A DNA stretch of 64,000 nt from Candidatus Latescibacterota bacterium (GTDB lineage Bacteria; Latescibacterota; UBA2968; UBA8231): positions 2,240,001-2,304,000 of the forward strand of contig CBDCSU010000006.1 in NCBI GenBank assembly GCA_965221775.1, given 5' to 3'. Shown piece by piece: positions 1-8,979 of this stretch (positions within the stretch are counted from its first letter, which is position 1; each line of letters opens with the position of its first letter). A model generated the notes under the pieces. That model was not told the origin of the DNA. It worked only from the letters and a program-made list of their open reading frames with translations, and did not search any database. A program made the position numbers and the translations under genes.

Positions 1-239
1 GGATCATGGAGATCCTCTTCAGCGACGAGATCCCCACCCCGCGCGACGTCGTCATCATCGGCCTGGCCCACGCCTGCAACCTCTTCGAGCAGATCCTCTC
101 GGCCCGCGAGGTCGAGCACATCGCCCCCCGCATCGACGAGGTGCGCCGTCTCGACCTGATCAGCCAGGCCATGTCGCAGGCGATCTCCGACATCGAGGTC
201 TCCCTGGCCCTGGCCATGCACATGCCTCCCTACAGCTGA
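1..239 (+). CDS. GPP34/GOLPH3 (Vps74) family protein, C-terminal part (5' truncated by window edge)
   Basis: LFSDEIPTPRDVVIIGLAHAC...RIDEVRRLDLISQAM resembles the C-terminus of bacterial GPP34 proteins; frame is open from the window start. Confidence 0.65.
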   Translation, partial: IMEILFSDEIPTPRDVVIIGLAHACNLFEQILSAREVEHIAPRIDEVRRLDLISQAMSQAISDIEVSLALAMHMPPYS

Positions 240-243
240 GAGG

Positions 244-1518
244 ATGGCTGACCGCCCGGAGGTGCGTCTCGGCGCCCCGGCGCGTTTCGACTGGCGCGTC
301 GAGCGCGTTACCGACACCGCCGGGCACCGCCTCTCCGGGGGCAGCGGCGCCAGCGGCTGGGGCTACAACCAGTCCAACCTCGTTCGCTGCGGCGACGACC
401 TCTACGCCCTGAGCTGGCGGGACGACCTCACCCTGTGCGTCTTCCGGCGGCTCTCCGCGGGGAGCTGGGAGGCGGGGCCGGTGCTGCCGCCCGTCCCGCA
501 GAACGGCAACCTTCTGGTCGACTCCTCGGGACGGCTGCACGTCATCGGCGGCGACTGCGCCAGCTGGCACGCGCGCTTCGACGAGCCGGGGCGTCTCGAC
601 CGCTGGGAGCTGCGCCGCCGGGTCAGCGCCGACTCCCGCTTCGGCGCCGCCATCGACGAGCGTGACCGCGTGCTCGTCGCCGGGGGGCTGCCGCGCCTCG
701 CCTGGTACGTCCTCGACGGCTCCGCCGACTTCGCTGCCGCCGCCGAGGGCCAGATCCCCCACTCCACCGCTCGCGGATACCAGTTCGTCCTCTTCCGGGA
801 CGGCGCCGGCCACACCTTCTGCTCCGACGACTACTTCGTCGCCGGCGACCGCTTCCCCGACCAGCGCATCACCGTGCCCGACCCGGCCACGGGCGGCACC
901 CGCACGAAACGCACGCCCAAGGGCATCTACCCGGTCCTGAAGGCGTATTACTACTACAACCCGGATCTGCTCGGCTCTCCCGAAGACTGGCGGTGCACGC
1001 TGGTCAGCGACGTGAGCGACACCTGTGACGAGGACTCGGGGGCGCGCGGCACCACCGACCACCAGGACCTGTTCGCCGACGACGAGGGGCTGATCCACCT
1101 GGTCTACTACGAGAACCGCCAGCCGGCGCGCAGCGTGTGGGCCGCCATGGAGCAGGACGCCGCCCGCTCGCGCCTCTACCACGCCGTGGGACCGCCGGGC
1201 GGCCCCTTCCGCGCCTGGTGCCTGGGCGCCTTCAACAGCGGCCGCCTCTACCAGACCCCGGACAGACGCGTCCACTACCTGCTCACCCGGGGCCGCCGCT
1301 CGGCGGCCGAGTCGGTGTGGTACGCCGCCGGCGAGCCCGGCGACTGGGGGCGCATCAGCGAGCCGGTGAAGCTCGAGGGCATCGGCCCCCTGTGGCACCT
1401 GTTCCTCAACTCCACCCGCGCCGGCGGCACCCGCGCCGGGGTGATCGACGCGTACTGGACCGGCCCTTACGGCGGCAACAGCCACGAGGTTTTCCACGGG
1501 TGCCTGAAACCCTCGTGA
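244..1518 (+). CDS. hypothetical protein, probably beta-propeller/BNR-like
   Basis: 424-aa ORF with GC3-rich codons, GAGG SD; repeated 'DxxGRLHV/IHLVYY' strand motifs. Confidence 0.7.
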   Translation: MADRPEVRLGAPARFDWRVERVTDTAGHRLSGGSGASGWGYNQSNLVRCGDDLYALSWRDDLTLCVFRRLSAGSWEAGPVLPPVPQNGNLLVDSSGRLHVIGGDCASWHARFDEPGRLDRWELRRRVSADSRFGAAIDERDRVLVAGGLPRLAWYVLDGSADFAAAAEGQIPHSTARGYQFVLFRDGAGHTFCSDDYFVAGDRFPDQRITVPDPATGGTRTKRTPKGIYPVLKAYYYYNPDLLGSPEDWRCTLVSDVSDTCDEDSGARGTTDHQDLFADDEGLIHLVYYENRQPARSVWAAMEQDAARSRLYHAVGPPGGPFRAWCLGAFNSGRLYQTPDRRVHYLLTRGRRSAAESVWYAAGEPGDWGRISEPVKLEGIGPLWHLFLNSTRAGGTRAGVIDAYWTGPYGGNSHEVFHGCLKPS

Positions 1519-1531
1519 AAGGTCTGCCATC

Positions 1532-2671
1532 ATGAAGGTCTGCATCGTCGGCGCCGGGATCTTCGGCATGGCCGCCGCCCTGGAGCTGCGCCGCAGGGGG
1601 CACGAGGTGACCCTCATCGAGAGCGGCGAGATCCCCAACCCGGAGGCGTCGAGCACCGACGTCTCCAAGGTGATCCGCCGCACCATGTACCCGAACGAGA
1701 TCTACGTCGAGCTGGTGACTCGGGCGGCGGCCCAGTGGCGGGAGTGGCACGAGCGCACCAGCCGCTCGATCTACTTCCAGACCGGCAAGCTGATCGCCGT
1801 GCGCGGCTTCGGACCCGACCACGAGGCCCTGACCGGCTGGGAGACCCTGAGCCGCCTGGGCAAGGACGTCACCGAGCTGACGGTGGCGGAGGTGAACCGG
1901 CGGTTCCCCCAGTTCTCCGTCGGCGCCGAGGACCGGCTCTTCCACGATCCCTGGGCCGGGTACCTGCGCAGCGGCCAGGCCCTGGCCGACCTGGCGGGGC
2001 TGGCCCGGGACTCGGGAGTGGAGATCCGCCAGAACACGCGGGTCACCGCCGTCGAGGAGACCGCTTCCGGCGCCAGGGTGAGATGGGCCTCGGAGTCCCG
2101 CGACTGGGACCGCGCGGTCGTGGCGGCCGGACCGTGGGTCGGGGAGCTGCTGCCGGCGATGAAGCCGCGGGTGCGCATCACCCGGCAGCAGATGGCCTTC
2201 TTTGCGCCGCGGGATCCCGCCCCCTTCGAGCGCGGCCGTTTCCCCGTGTGGTCGATCCTGTCGCCCGGCAACCTCTGGTACGGATTCCCGCGGCTGCCCG
2301 AGGGGTTCGTGAAGATCGCCGAGGACAGCAAGGTCGATGACGCCGCCGTCGACGTCTCGCGGGAGCCGACGCCGGAGTTCCTCGACTGGGCGCGGCAGTT
2401 CGCGGCGGAGCGCATCCCCGCCCTCGGCGCCGAGATCGTCGGCGGCCGGTCGTGCCTCTACACCAACATGGCCGACATGGAGGACGAGCAGTTCGTCATC
2501 GACTGGGCCCCGGGGTGCCAGCGGGTGCTGATCGCCGGCTGCGGTTGCGGCCACGGCTTCAAGTTCGGGGGCGCCATCGGCCCGGTGATCGCCGACGCCC
2601 TGGAGGAGAGGGAGAACCACCTCGGAGATCTGTTCAGGATCGGAAACCGTTTCGAGAAGGGAGCGGCGTGA
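1532..2671 (+). CDS. FAD-dependent oxidoreductase, sarcosine/pipecolate oxidase (MSOX/SolA) family
   Basis: GAGIFG dinucleotide motif, SSTDVSKVIR, CLYT (covalent-FAD Cys position), GHGFKFG. Confidence 0.85.
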   Translation: MKVCIVGAGIFGMAAALELRRRGHEVTLIESGEIPNPEASSTDVSKVIRRTMYPNEIYVELVTRAAAQWREWHERTSRSIYFQTGKLIAVRGFGPDHEALTGWETLSRLGKDVTELTVAEVNRRFPQFSVGAEDRLFHDPWAGYLRSGQALADLAGLARDSGVEIRQNTRVTAVEETASGARVRWASESRDWDRAVVAAGPWVGELLPAMKPRVRITRQQMAFFAPRDPAPFERGRFPVWSILSPGNLWYGFPRLPEGFVKIAEDSKVDDAAVDVSREPTPEFLDWARQFAAERIPALGAEIVGGRSCLYTNMADMEDEQFVIDWAPGCQRVLIAGCGCGHGFKFGGAIGPVIADALEERENHLGDLFRIGNRFEKGAA

Positions 2672-3678
2672 TGTCGAGCGAGGCGAGGAGGATCTACGAC
2701 GAGGCGGTGGTCATCGACGGGCTGAATGTCAGCAACTGGGAGAGCGACGCCGTCTTCGAGGGGCTGCGGGCCGGCGACGTGACCGCCATCAACGCCACGG
2801 TGGCCACGTGGGAGAACTTCGCCCAGACCATGGCCCACCTGGCGGTCTGGATGCGGCGCTTCCGCGAGCGCGACGACATCCTGCAGGTGAAGGAGACGGC
2901 CGACATCCACGCCGCCAAGAGGCTCGGAAAGACGGGGATCATCCTCGGCTTCCAGAACGCCTCGCCCATCGAGAACGAGCTCGACCGCCTGGGGCTGTTC
3001 CTGGCCCTCGGGGTGCGGGTCATCCAGCTGACCTACCACGAGACCAACCTCCTCGGCAGCGGCTGCTGGGAGCGCAACGACGCCGGCCTGAGCAACTTCG
3101 GCGTCGACGCGGTGCGCGAGATGAACCAGCTCGGCATCGTCATCGATCTGTCGCACGTCGGTCCGAAAACGACCCTGGAGGCGATCGAGGTCTCCGAGCA
3201 GCCGGTGGCCATCACCCACGCCAACGCGCTCAGCTTCTGCGGCCACCCGCGCAACAAGGAGGAGGAGGCCCTGGTGGCCCTCGCCGAGAAGGGAGGCGTG
3301 GTGGGCGCCACGTCCTTCGCCAACTTCCTTCCGAGGGGGTTCGACTCGACGGTGGAGGATTTCGTCGATGCCATCGACGACATGGTGGGGCGAATCGGCA
3401 TCGACCACGTGGCCATCGGCACCGACTCCACCCACGATCAGCCCCTCGAGTTCTGGCACTACATCGTGTCGCAGCAGGGCACGAAGTTCCCCTCCACCTT
3501 CGCCGATGGGTCGGTGCCGTACACGGAGCTGAGCTTCCAGCCGAAGGGGATGGAGACCCCGGCGGAGTTCCCCAACCTAGCGGAGGCCCTGGCCGCCCGC
3601 GGCTACGGCGCCGACGAGATCGGCAAGCTGCTGGGCGGCAACTGGCTGAGTCTCTTCGAGCGGGTGTGGAATCCGTGA
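2671..3678 (+). CDS. membrane dipeptidase (peptidase M19) family
   Basis: VVIDGL, LGFQN, QLTY, IDLSH, ITHAN, HPRNK, IGTD motifs; ATG overlaps the upstream TGA. Confidence 0.88.
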   Translation: MSSEARRIYDEAVVIDGLNVSNWESDAVFEGLRAGDVTAINATVATWENFAQTMAHLAVWMRRFRERDDILQVKETADIHAAKRLGKTGIILGFQNASPIENELDRLGLFLALGVRVIQLTYHETNLLGSGCWERNDAGLSNFGVDAVREMNQLGIVIDLSHVGPKTTLEAIEVSEQPVAITHANALSFCGHPRNKEEEALVALAEKGGVVGATSFANFLPRGFDSTVEDFVDAIDDMVGRIGIDHVAIGTDSTHDQPLEFWHYIVSQQGTKFPSTFADGSVPYTELSFQPKGMETPAEFPNLAEALAARGYGADEIGKLLGGNWLSLFERVWNP

Positions 3679-4595
3679 GGGAGGGACCGCGGAGCGAGGA
3701 CATCGCCCGCATCGGGGACCTCACCGGCCGGCGCCCCACCGGCTTCCGCCGGGCCGCCGGAGGCTATACGCCGGCGGAGCGCTGGGTAGTGGAGCTGGAA
3801 GGCGGCGACAGGGTATTCGCCAAGATCGGCGTCGATGCGGGGACGGCGGGGTGGCTGCGCGACGAGCACCGGGCCTACACCGTCCTCGCCGGGGAGTTCA
3901 TGCCCAGGCTGCGCGGGTGGGACGACGGCGAGCGGCCGCTGCTGCTCCTGGAGGACCTGAGCCGCTGCTCCTGGCCGCCCCCCTGGGACGCCTCCCGGGT
4001 CGATCAGGTGCTCGAGGCTCTGGCCGCGCTCCGGGCGGTTGATGCCGCCGGCGTCCTGCCCCCGGTGGGCGAGCTGACGGGCGGCTGGCGGCAGGTCGCC
4101 GCGGAGCCGGAACCGTTCCTGTCCCTCGGGCTGGCCACCGGGCGCTGGCTGCGCGACCACGCCCCGGTGCTGGTTGCGGCCGCGGACGAGGCGTCCCTCG
4201 ACGGGCCCTCTCCCGCCCACCTGGACGTGCGCAGCGACAACCTCTGCTTCCGCGGCGGCCGGGCGGTGCTGGTAGACTGGAACCACGCCGTGGTCGCCCA
4301 CCCGGACCTCGACATCGCCGGATGGGCGCCGAGCCTGCATGCCGAGGGTGGCCCGCCGCCGGAGGAGATCCTGCCCGGCGCGGGACCCCTGGCCGCCGTC
4401 ATCAGCGGCTACTTCGCCGACAGGGCCGGCCAGCCGGTGATCCCCACGGCGCCGCGGGTGCGCGACGTGCAGCGCCGGCAGTTGCGCACGGCCCTGCCCT
4501 GGGCGGTGCGCGCCCTGGGGCTGGCGCCCCTCGACGGACCCGCCGCCGGCGGAGAAGCGTCCCTCAACCCCATTCAAGGGAGAATGACCCCGTGA
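3675..4595 (+). CDS. aminoglycoside phosphotransferase/choline kinase-like protein
   Basis: VFAK, LLLEDL, HLDVRSDN, VDW kinase-fold motifs; GTGA overlap with the upstream gene. Confidence 0.8.
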   Translation: MREGPRSEDIARIGDLTGRRPTGFRRAAGGYTPAERWVVELEGGDRVFAKIGVDAGTAGWLRDEHRAYTVLAGEFMPRLRGWDDGERPLLLLEDLSRCSWPPPWDASRVDQVLEALAALRAVDAAGVLPPVGELTGGWRQVAAEPEPFLSLGLATGRWLRDHAPVLVAAADEASLDGPSPAHLDVRSDNLCFRGGRAVLVDWNHAVVAHPDLDIAGWAPSLHAEGGPPPEEILPGAGPLAAVISGYFADRAGQPVIPTAPRVRDVQRRQLRTALPWAVRALGLAPLDGPAAGGEASLNPIQGRMTP

Positions 4596-5161
4596 CAACC
4601 CTGCCCGAGCTGTGGCTTCCCATCGTGGTGTCGGGAGCCCTGGTCTGGATCGTCAGCGCCGTCGTGTGGATGGCGCTGCCCCACCACAAGTCCGACTACC
4701 GCGGCTTGCCCGACGAAGAGGCGGCGCGCCAGGCGCTGCAGCCGCAGGAGCTGGCGCCCGGACTCTACAACATCCCCAACCTCGCCTCGCGGGCGGCGAT
4801 GAAGGAGCCCGAGAACCAGAGGAAGTTCGCCGAGGGCCCGGTGGCGTTCATTACGGTGCTGCCCAAGGGGGACCCGGCCATGGCCCGCCAGATGGTGACC
4901 ACCTTCGTCTACTTCCTCGTCGCCGGGGCCGCCGTGGCCTACGTCACCGGCCGCGCCCTCGGGCCCGGAGCCGAGTCGATGGCGGTCTTCCGCCTGGCCG
5001 GCGCCGTGGCCTGGCTTCTCTACGGCTGGGGGCGCGTCCTGGAGTCGGTGTGGTTCGGCGTGCCGTGGTCCCAGCAGGTCAAGCAGCTCTTCGACGCCCT
5101 GCTGTATGCCCTGGTGACCGCCGCCGTCTTCTCCTGGCTGTGGCCGGCCATGGGCGGGTAG
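4592..5161 (+). CDS. hypothetical integral membrane protein
   Basis: About 4 hydrophobic segments; LWLPIVVS...WMALPHHKSDY N-terminus; GTGA overlap. Confidence 0.75.
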   Translation: MTTLPELWLPIVVSGALVWIVSAVVWMALPHHKSDYRGLPDEEAARQALQPQELAPGLYNIPNLASRAAMKEPENQRKFAEGPVAFITVLPKGDPAMARQMVTTFVYFLVAGAAVAYVTGRALGPGAESMAVFRLAGAVAWLLYGWGRVLESVWFGVPWSQQVKQLFDALLYALVTAAVFSWLWPAMGG

Positions 5162-5346
5162 GCGCCCATGGCGCCGCGCGGGGTCTCGATGCTGACCTGG
5201 GCCCCGGCCCCGGCGGCCAGGGCCGGAAACAGCAGCAGGGAGGAGGCGGCCGGTTCGTCCATCGTGCGGCGCCGGCCTATCCTTTGCCCGCGGCTGTCAG
5301 AGGGTCCCACATACGCAGGAACCAGAGGCAAGGCGAGGAGCGCAAG

Positions 5347-6471
5347 ATGAAGATGTCGAAGATCCCCGGGTCGAGCGGGTGGCCCCTGCTGGCGCTGGTG
5401 CTGCTGGCCGCGTGCGGCCCGTCCGAGGAGAGGGAGTGGCAGGACGCCAGGATGAAGCGCAGCGCCGAGGCGTATGAGCAGTTCCTGGAGAAATACCCCG
5501 AGGGCGAGTTCGCCGCCGACGCCCGCGAGGCGCTGGAGACCCTGCGCTTCAAGCAGGCCCAGAAGGAGAACACCCTCGACGCTTTCACCGGATTCCTCGA
5601 GCTCCATCCCGACGGCCAGCATGCCGAGGAGGCCACCCGGACGGTGGAGATGATGCACTGGGTCCAGGCCCAGAGGCAGAACACCCAGGGCTCCTACGAG
5701 CGCTACCTCGAGAAGTACCCCGAGGGCCGCTTCGCCGACGACGCCGGGGAGCGGATCGCCCCCTTCCTGCTGGCCGGGCTCGCCCGCAGCCGCGAGCCCG
5801 CCGACTTCGAGGCCTTCCTGGAGCGCAATCCCGAGGGGGCGGCGGCGGACCACGCCCGCTCCCTCCTCGAGCGGCTGGTCTACCAGGAGGCGCGCGCGGC
5901 GGGCACGCCGGAGGCTTACCAAGCCTTCCTGGAGCGTTTCCCGGAGGGCAGGTACGCCGAAGAGGCGAGGCGCCGGGGAGCTCCCGGGATCCGTGCCGCC
6001 GCCGGCGAGTCGCGCTTGTGGACGCACTACGACGGCGGTGCGCCGGCCGGGTCCGGTGAAGGCTGGTCCTTCGCCGCGGGAGGCCCGCCCGCCGTGGTCT
6101 CCTACGGCGAGGGCGAGGCGCCGGCGCCGCGGACCGGGGCCTGGCGCGAGGTGATCGTCCGGCTCGAGAACAAGGCGTCCGAGAGCCGGAGCCTCACCTT
6201 CGAGGAAACGCTGGCCACGGGTTCGAGCGCCCTGGTCGCCGATGGCCGGCGGACGCTGGAGCGGCCGGTGGAGTTGCAGGCCTTCCGGATTCCCGGCACC
6301 CCGGCGGAGGCGGCCTCGCTGCTGGCCCCGGAGCTTGCGGGGGCGCTGGAGCTGCGCCTCGGCGCCGGCGGCAAGACCTGGCTCCTGCTGCTGTTCGATG
6401 TCCCTCCCAACCGCAACTCCCTGACGGTCGAGGTGGCGGGCCTGGACCCCGTGGAATTCGCCCTGCAGTAG
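5347..6471 (+). CDS. lipoprotein with five helical 'Y/FxxF/YLExYPEGxFAxxA' repeats
   Basis: GAGGAG SD; signal peptide with lipobox LLAAC; five repeats visible in the translation. Confidence 0.75.
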   Translation: MKMSKIPGSSGWPLLALVLLAACGPSEEREWQDARMKRSAEAYEQFLEKYPEGEFAADAREALETLRFKQAQKENTLDAFTGFLELHPDGQHAEEATRTVEMMHWVQAQRQNTQGSYERYLEKYPEGRFADDAGERIAPFLLAGLARSREPADFEAFLERNPEGAAADHARSLLERLVYQEARAAGTPEAYQAFLERFPEGRYAEEARRRGAPGIRAAAGESRLWTHYDGGAPAGSGEGWSFAAGGPPAVVSYGEGEAPAPRTGAWREVIVRLENKASESRSLTFEETLATGSSALVADGRRTLERPVELQAFRIPGTPAEAASLLAPELAGALELRLGAGGKTWLLLLFDVPPNRNSLTVEVAGLDPVEFALQ

Positions 6472-6484
6472 GGGACACGGGCGC

Positions 6485-7642
6485 GTGAGGGGGGTGCGGG
6501 GCAAGGTCCTGCTGGCGGTCGGCGGCCTGACGGCCGGCCTGCTGCTGAGCGAAGGGCTGCTCGCCTGGTGGAAGCCGCAGGTTTCCCGCCAGCCCTCCCT
6601 GTGGCGCTTCGACGACCGGCTGGGATGGCACCACGTCCCCGGCGCCTCGGGGTGGATGCGGCGGCCGGAGTTCGAGGTCGAGATGCGCATCAACGCCGAC
6701 GGGCTGCGGGACCGGGAGTATCCGCTGGACAGGCCGTCCGGCGGCTGGAGGCTCCTGGTCTTCGGCGACTCCTTCGTCGAGGGCTGGGGGGTGCAGGCGG
6801 AGGACGCGGTGAGCAGCCGGCTGGAGGCGAGGCTGCAGTCCGAGGCGCCCGGCACCCCGGTGGAGGCGATCAACTTCGGCGTGGCGGGGTACGGCACCGA
6901 CCAGGAGCTGCTCCTCTTCGAGCAGTCGGGCAGGCGCTACCGGCCCGATCAGGTGCTCCTGTTCTTCTACGCCAACGACCTGATCAACAACGCCAGCGAC
7001 AAGGGGATCGGCTCGGAGCGCGGGTACAAGCCGTACTTCCGCGTCGATCCGCGGGGGCGGCTGCGCCTCCTCGGGGTGCCGGTGAAGAGGAGCCGCTTCT
7101 GGGACGGATCGAGCGCCTGGCCGTGGGAGCACCGCCTGGACAAGTACCTCAAGGAGCGTCTCCACGTGTACGCCGCGGTGCGCAAGGCCTTCTCCGGCGC
7201 GGGGGTGCCCGAAGGGTCCCGGCAGCGCTTCTACGAGGTCCTCTACGGGGTGGAGGACGATCCGGCGGCCGAGCGCTACTGGCGGCTCACGGGGCAGATC
7301 CTGCGGGCCTTCCGGGAGAGCGCCTCGAGGGCCGGGGCCGAGCTGATCCTGGTGTACGCGCCGGCCATCGTGCAGGTGGAGGAGGAGAACTGGCGGATGA
7401 AGCGGGACCTCTTCGGGCTCATCGGCGAGTTCGACCTGGACAAGCCCAACCGCCGCCTGGCGGCGGCGGCGGCCCGCGACGGCATCCCGCTGCTGGACCT
7501 GTCTCCGGCGTTCCGCAAGCACACCGGGCCCCGGCGCCTCTACTACGAAGAGAGCCACTGGACGCCGGAGGGCCACGCCCTGGCGGCGCGTCTGGCGGCC
7601 GACTACCTGCTCCAGCGGCGGCGGCAGGAGGCCTCCCGCTAG
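6485..7642 (+). CDS. SGNH/GDSL hydrolase family (AlgX/AlgJ-like) protein
   Basis: N-terminal TM, INADGLRD, FGDSFVEG, NFGVAGYGTDQE, ND, ESHWTPEGH. Confidence 0.85.
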   Translation: MRGVRGKVLLAVGGLTAGLLLSEGLLAWWKPQVSRQPSLWRFDDRLGWHHVPGASGWMRRPEFEVEMRINADGLRDREYPLDRPSGGWRLLVFGDSFVEGWGVQAEDAVSSRLEARLQSEAPGTPVEAINFGVAGYGTDQELLLFEQSGRRYRPDQVLLFFYANDLINNASDKGIGSERGYKPYFRVDPRGRLRLLGVPVKRSRFWDGSSAWPWEHRLDKYLKERLHVYAAVRKAFSGAGVPEGSRQRFYEVLYGVEDDPAAERYWRLTGQILRAFRESASRAGAELILVYAPAIVQVEEENWRMKRDLFGLIGEFDLDKPNRRLAAAAARDGIPLLDLSPAFRKHTGPRRLYYEESHWTPEGHALAARLAADYLLQRRRQEASR

Positions 7643-7737
7643 CCCGTGGGAGGCGGCGTCCCGGTTGTCCCCGCCAGGCCCGGAGGGCCCGAAGGCCGCC
7701 CGCCAGGCGCGCCGCCGCCGGGGGGCGGTGAGCGCCG

Positions 7738-8979
7738 ATGAGCGCCGTCGCCGCGGTGTGCGGCTTCCGGCCGCGCAGCTTCAACCGCAACGTCCGGTCG
7801 TTCTACCTCTACGGGTTGTCCATCAACGCCGGGATGACCCTCTACTGGCTGCTCTACAACCTCTACCTGCTGCGCCTGAGCTACCAGGAGGACTTCATCG
7901 GCCAGATGGCGAGCATGGCGCCCCTGGCCACGGCCCTGCTGGCCCTGCCCACGGGGGTGCTCAGCGACCGCCTGGGGCGCCGCCCCTTCCTGATCGCCTC
8001 GGGTCTGCTCCTGGCCCTGTCGCAGGTGGGGCTGTGCCTGTCCACGGCCTCCACCGCCCTGCTGGCCTTCTCCTTCGTCGGCGGCGTGGCCAACGCCTTC
8101 ATCTGGGTCAACCACGTGCCCTTCCTCTCCGACAACGCCCATCCCTCCCGGCGCGCCGAGGCGATCGTCGTCTGGTCGGCGGTGCAGATCGTGGTGCGTA
8201 TGCTCCTGAGCCTCGTGGGCGGCTTCCTCCCCGGAGCGATGGCCTGGTTCCTCGGGACCTCCACCGAGCTGCCCGAGCCCTTCCGCTACGCCCTGTTCCT
8301 CGGGGCCGCCTGCTCCCTGGTCTCGGTGGTGCCCCTGCTGCGCATCCGCCGGCAGCCGGATGCGGCGCCGGTGCCGGAGCGAGACCCGGACGAGGGGGAG
8401 GACCCCCGCCGGCCGAGGGGCGTCTTCGCCGTCGTCGCCGTCACCGCCGGCATGCGCGGCTTCTCCATGGGGCTCACCTACCCCTTCTTCAACGTCTTCT
8501 TCGAGGAGGAGCTGCACATCGGCCCGGCGGCGATCGGCGCCGTGTTCTTCCTCAGCCACCTCGTGGGCCTGCCCTTCACCTTCAGCGTGCCGGCCCTGGT
8601 GCGCCGCTTCGGCGCCACCCTGACGATCCTGGCCAGCCGGGCGGTCTCCGGCGGAGCGGTGGGGATCATGGGCGCCCTCGTCACCCTGCCGGTGGCGCTC
8701 CCCATGTTCCTGCTGGCGCGCGCCGGTGAGGTCATCGACATCCCAGCCGACCAGCACTTCACCACCCGGGTGCTGCCGCGGCGCTACTGGGCGAGGGTCC
8801 AGTCCATCCGCGTCTGCGGCTTCCAGCTGCTGGCCTTCCTCGGCAGCCTGGCCGGCGGCGTCCTCATCCTCGAGCACGGCTACCTCCTGGTCTTCGGGCT
8901 GGCCGCTCTCTCGCGGACGGCGAGCGGACTGGTCATGGCGGCCTGGTTCGGGATGAGGCCGGACCGAGCGGCGCCATGA
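7738..8979 (+). CDS. MFS transporter
   Basis: About 12 TM segments; motif A GVLSDRLGRR. Confidence 0.88.
   Translation: MSAVAAVCGFRPRSFNRNVRSFYLYGLSINAGMTLYWLLYNLYLLRLSYQEDFIGQMASMAPLATALLALPTGVLSDRLGRRPFLIASGLLLALSQVGLCLSTASTALLAFSFVGGVANAFIWVNHVPFLSDNAHPSRRAEAIVVWSAVQIVVRMLLSLVGGFLPGAMAWFLGTSTELPEPFRYALFLGAACSLVSVVPLLRIRRQPDAAPVPERDPDEGEDPRRPRGVFAVVAVTAGMRGFSMGLTYPFFNVFFEEELHIGPAAIGAVFFLSHLVGLPFTFSVPALVRRFGATLTILASRAVSGGAVGIMGALVTLPVALPMFLLARAGEVIDIPADQHFTTRVLPRRYWARVQSIRVCGFQLLAFLGSLAGGVLILEHGYLLVFGLAALSRTASGLVMAAWFGMRPDRAAP

Noticed and set aside
5161-5262. Minus-strand signal-peptide-like stretch MDEPAASSLLLFPALAAGAGAQ
   Set aside because: Runs directly antisense into a real gene; too short to support as a gene remnant
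7642-7737. Possible REP-like half element (gtgggaggcggcgtccc)
   Set aside because: No inverted partner and no clear second copy in the window
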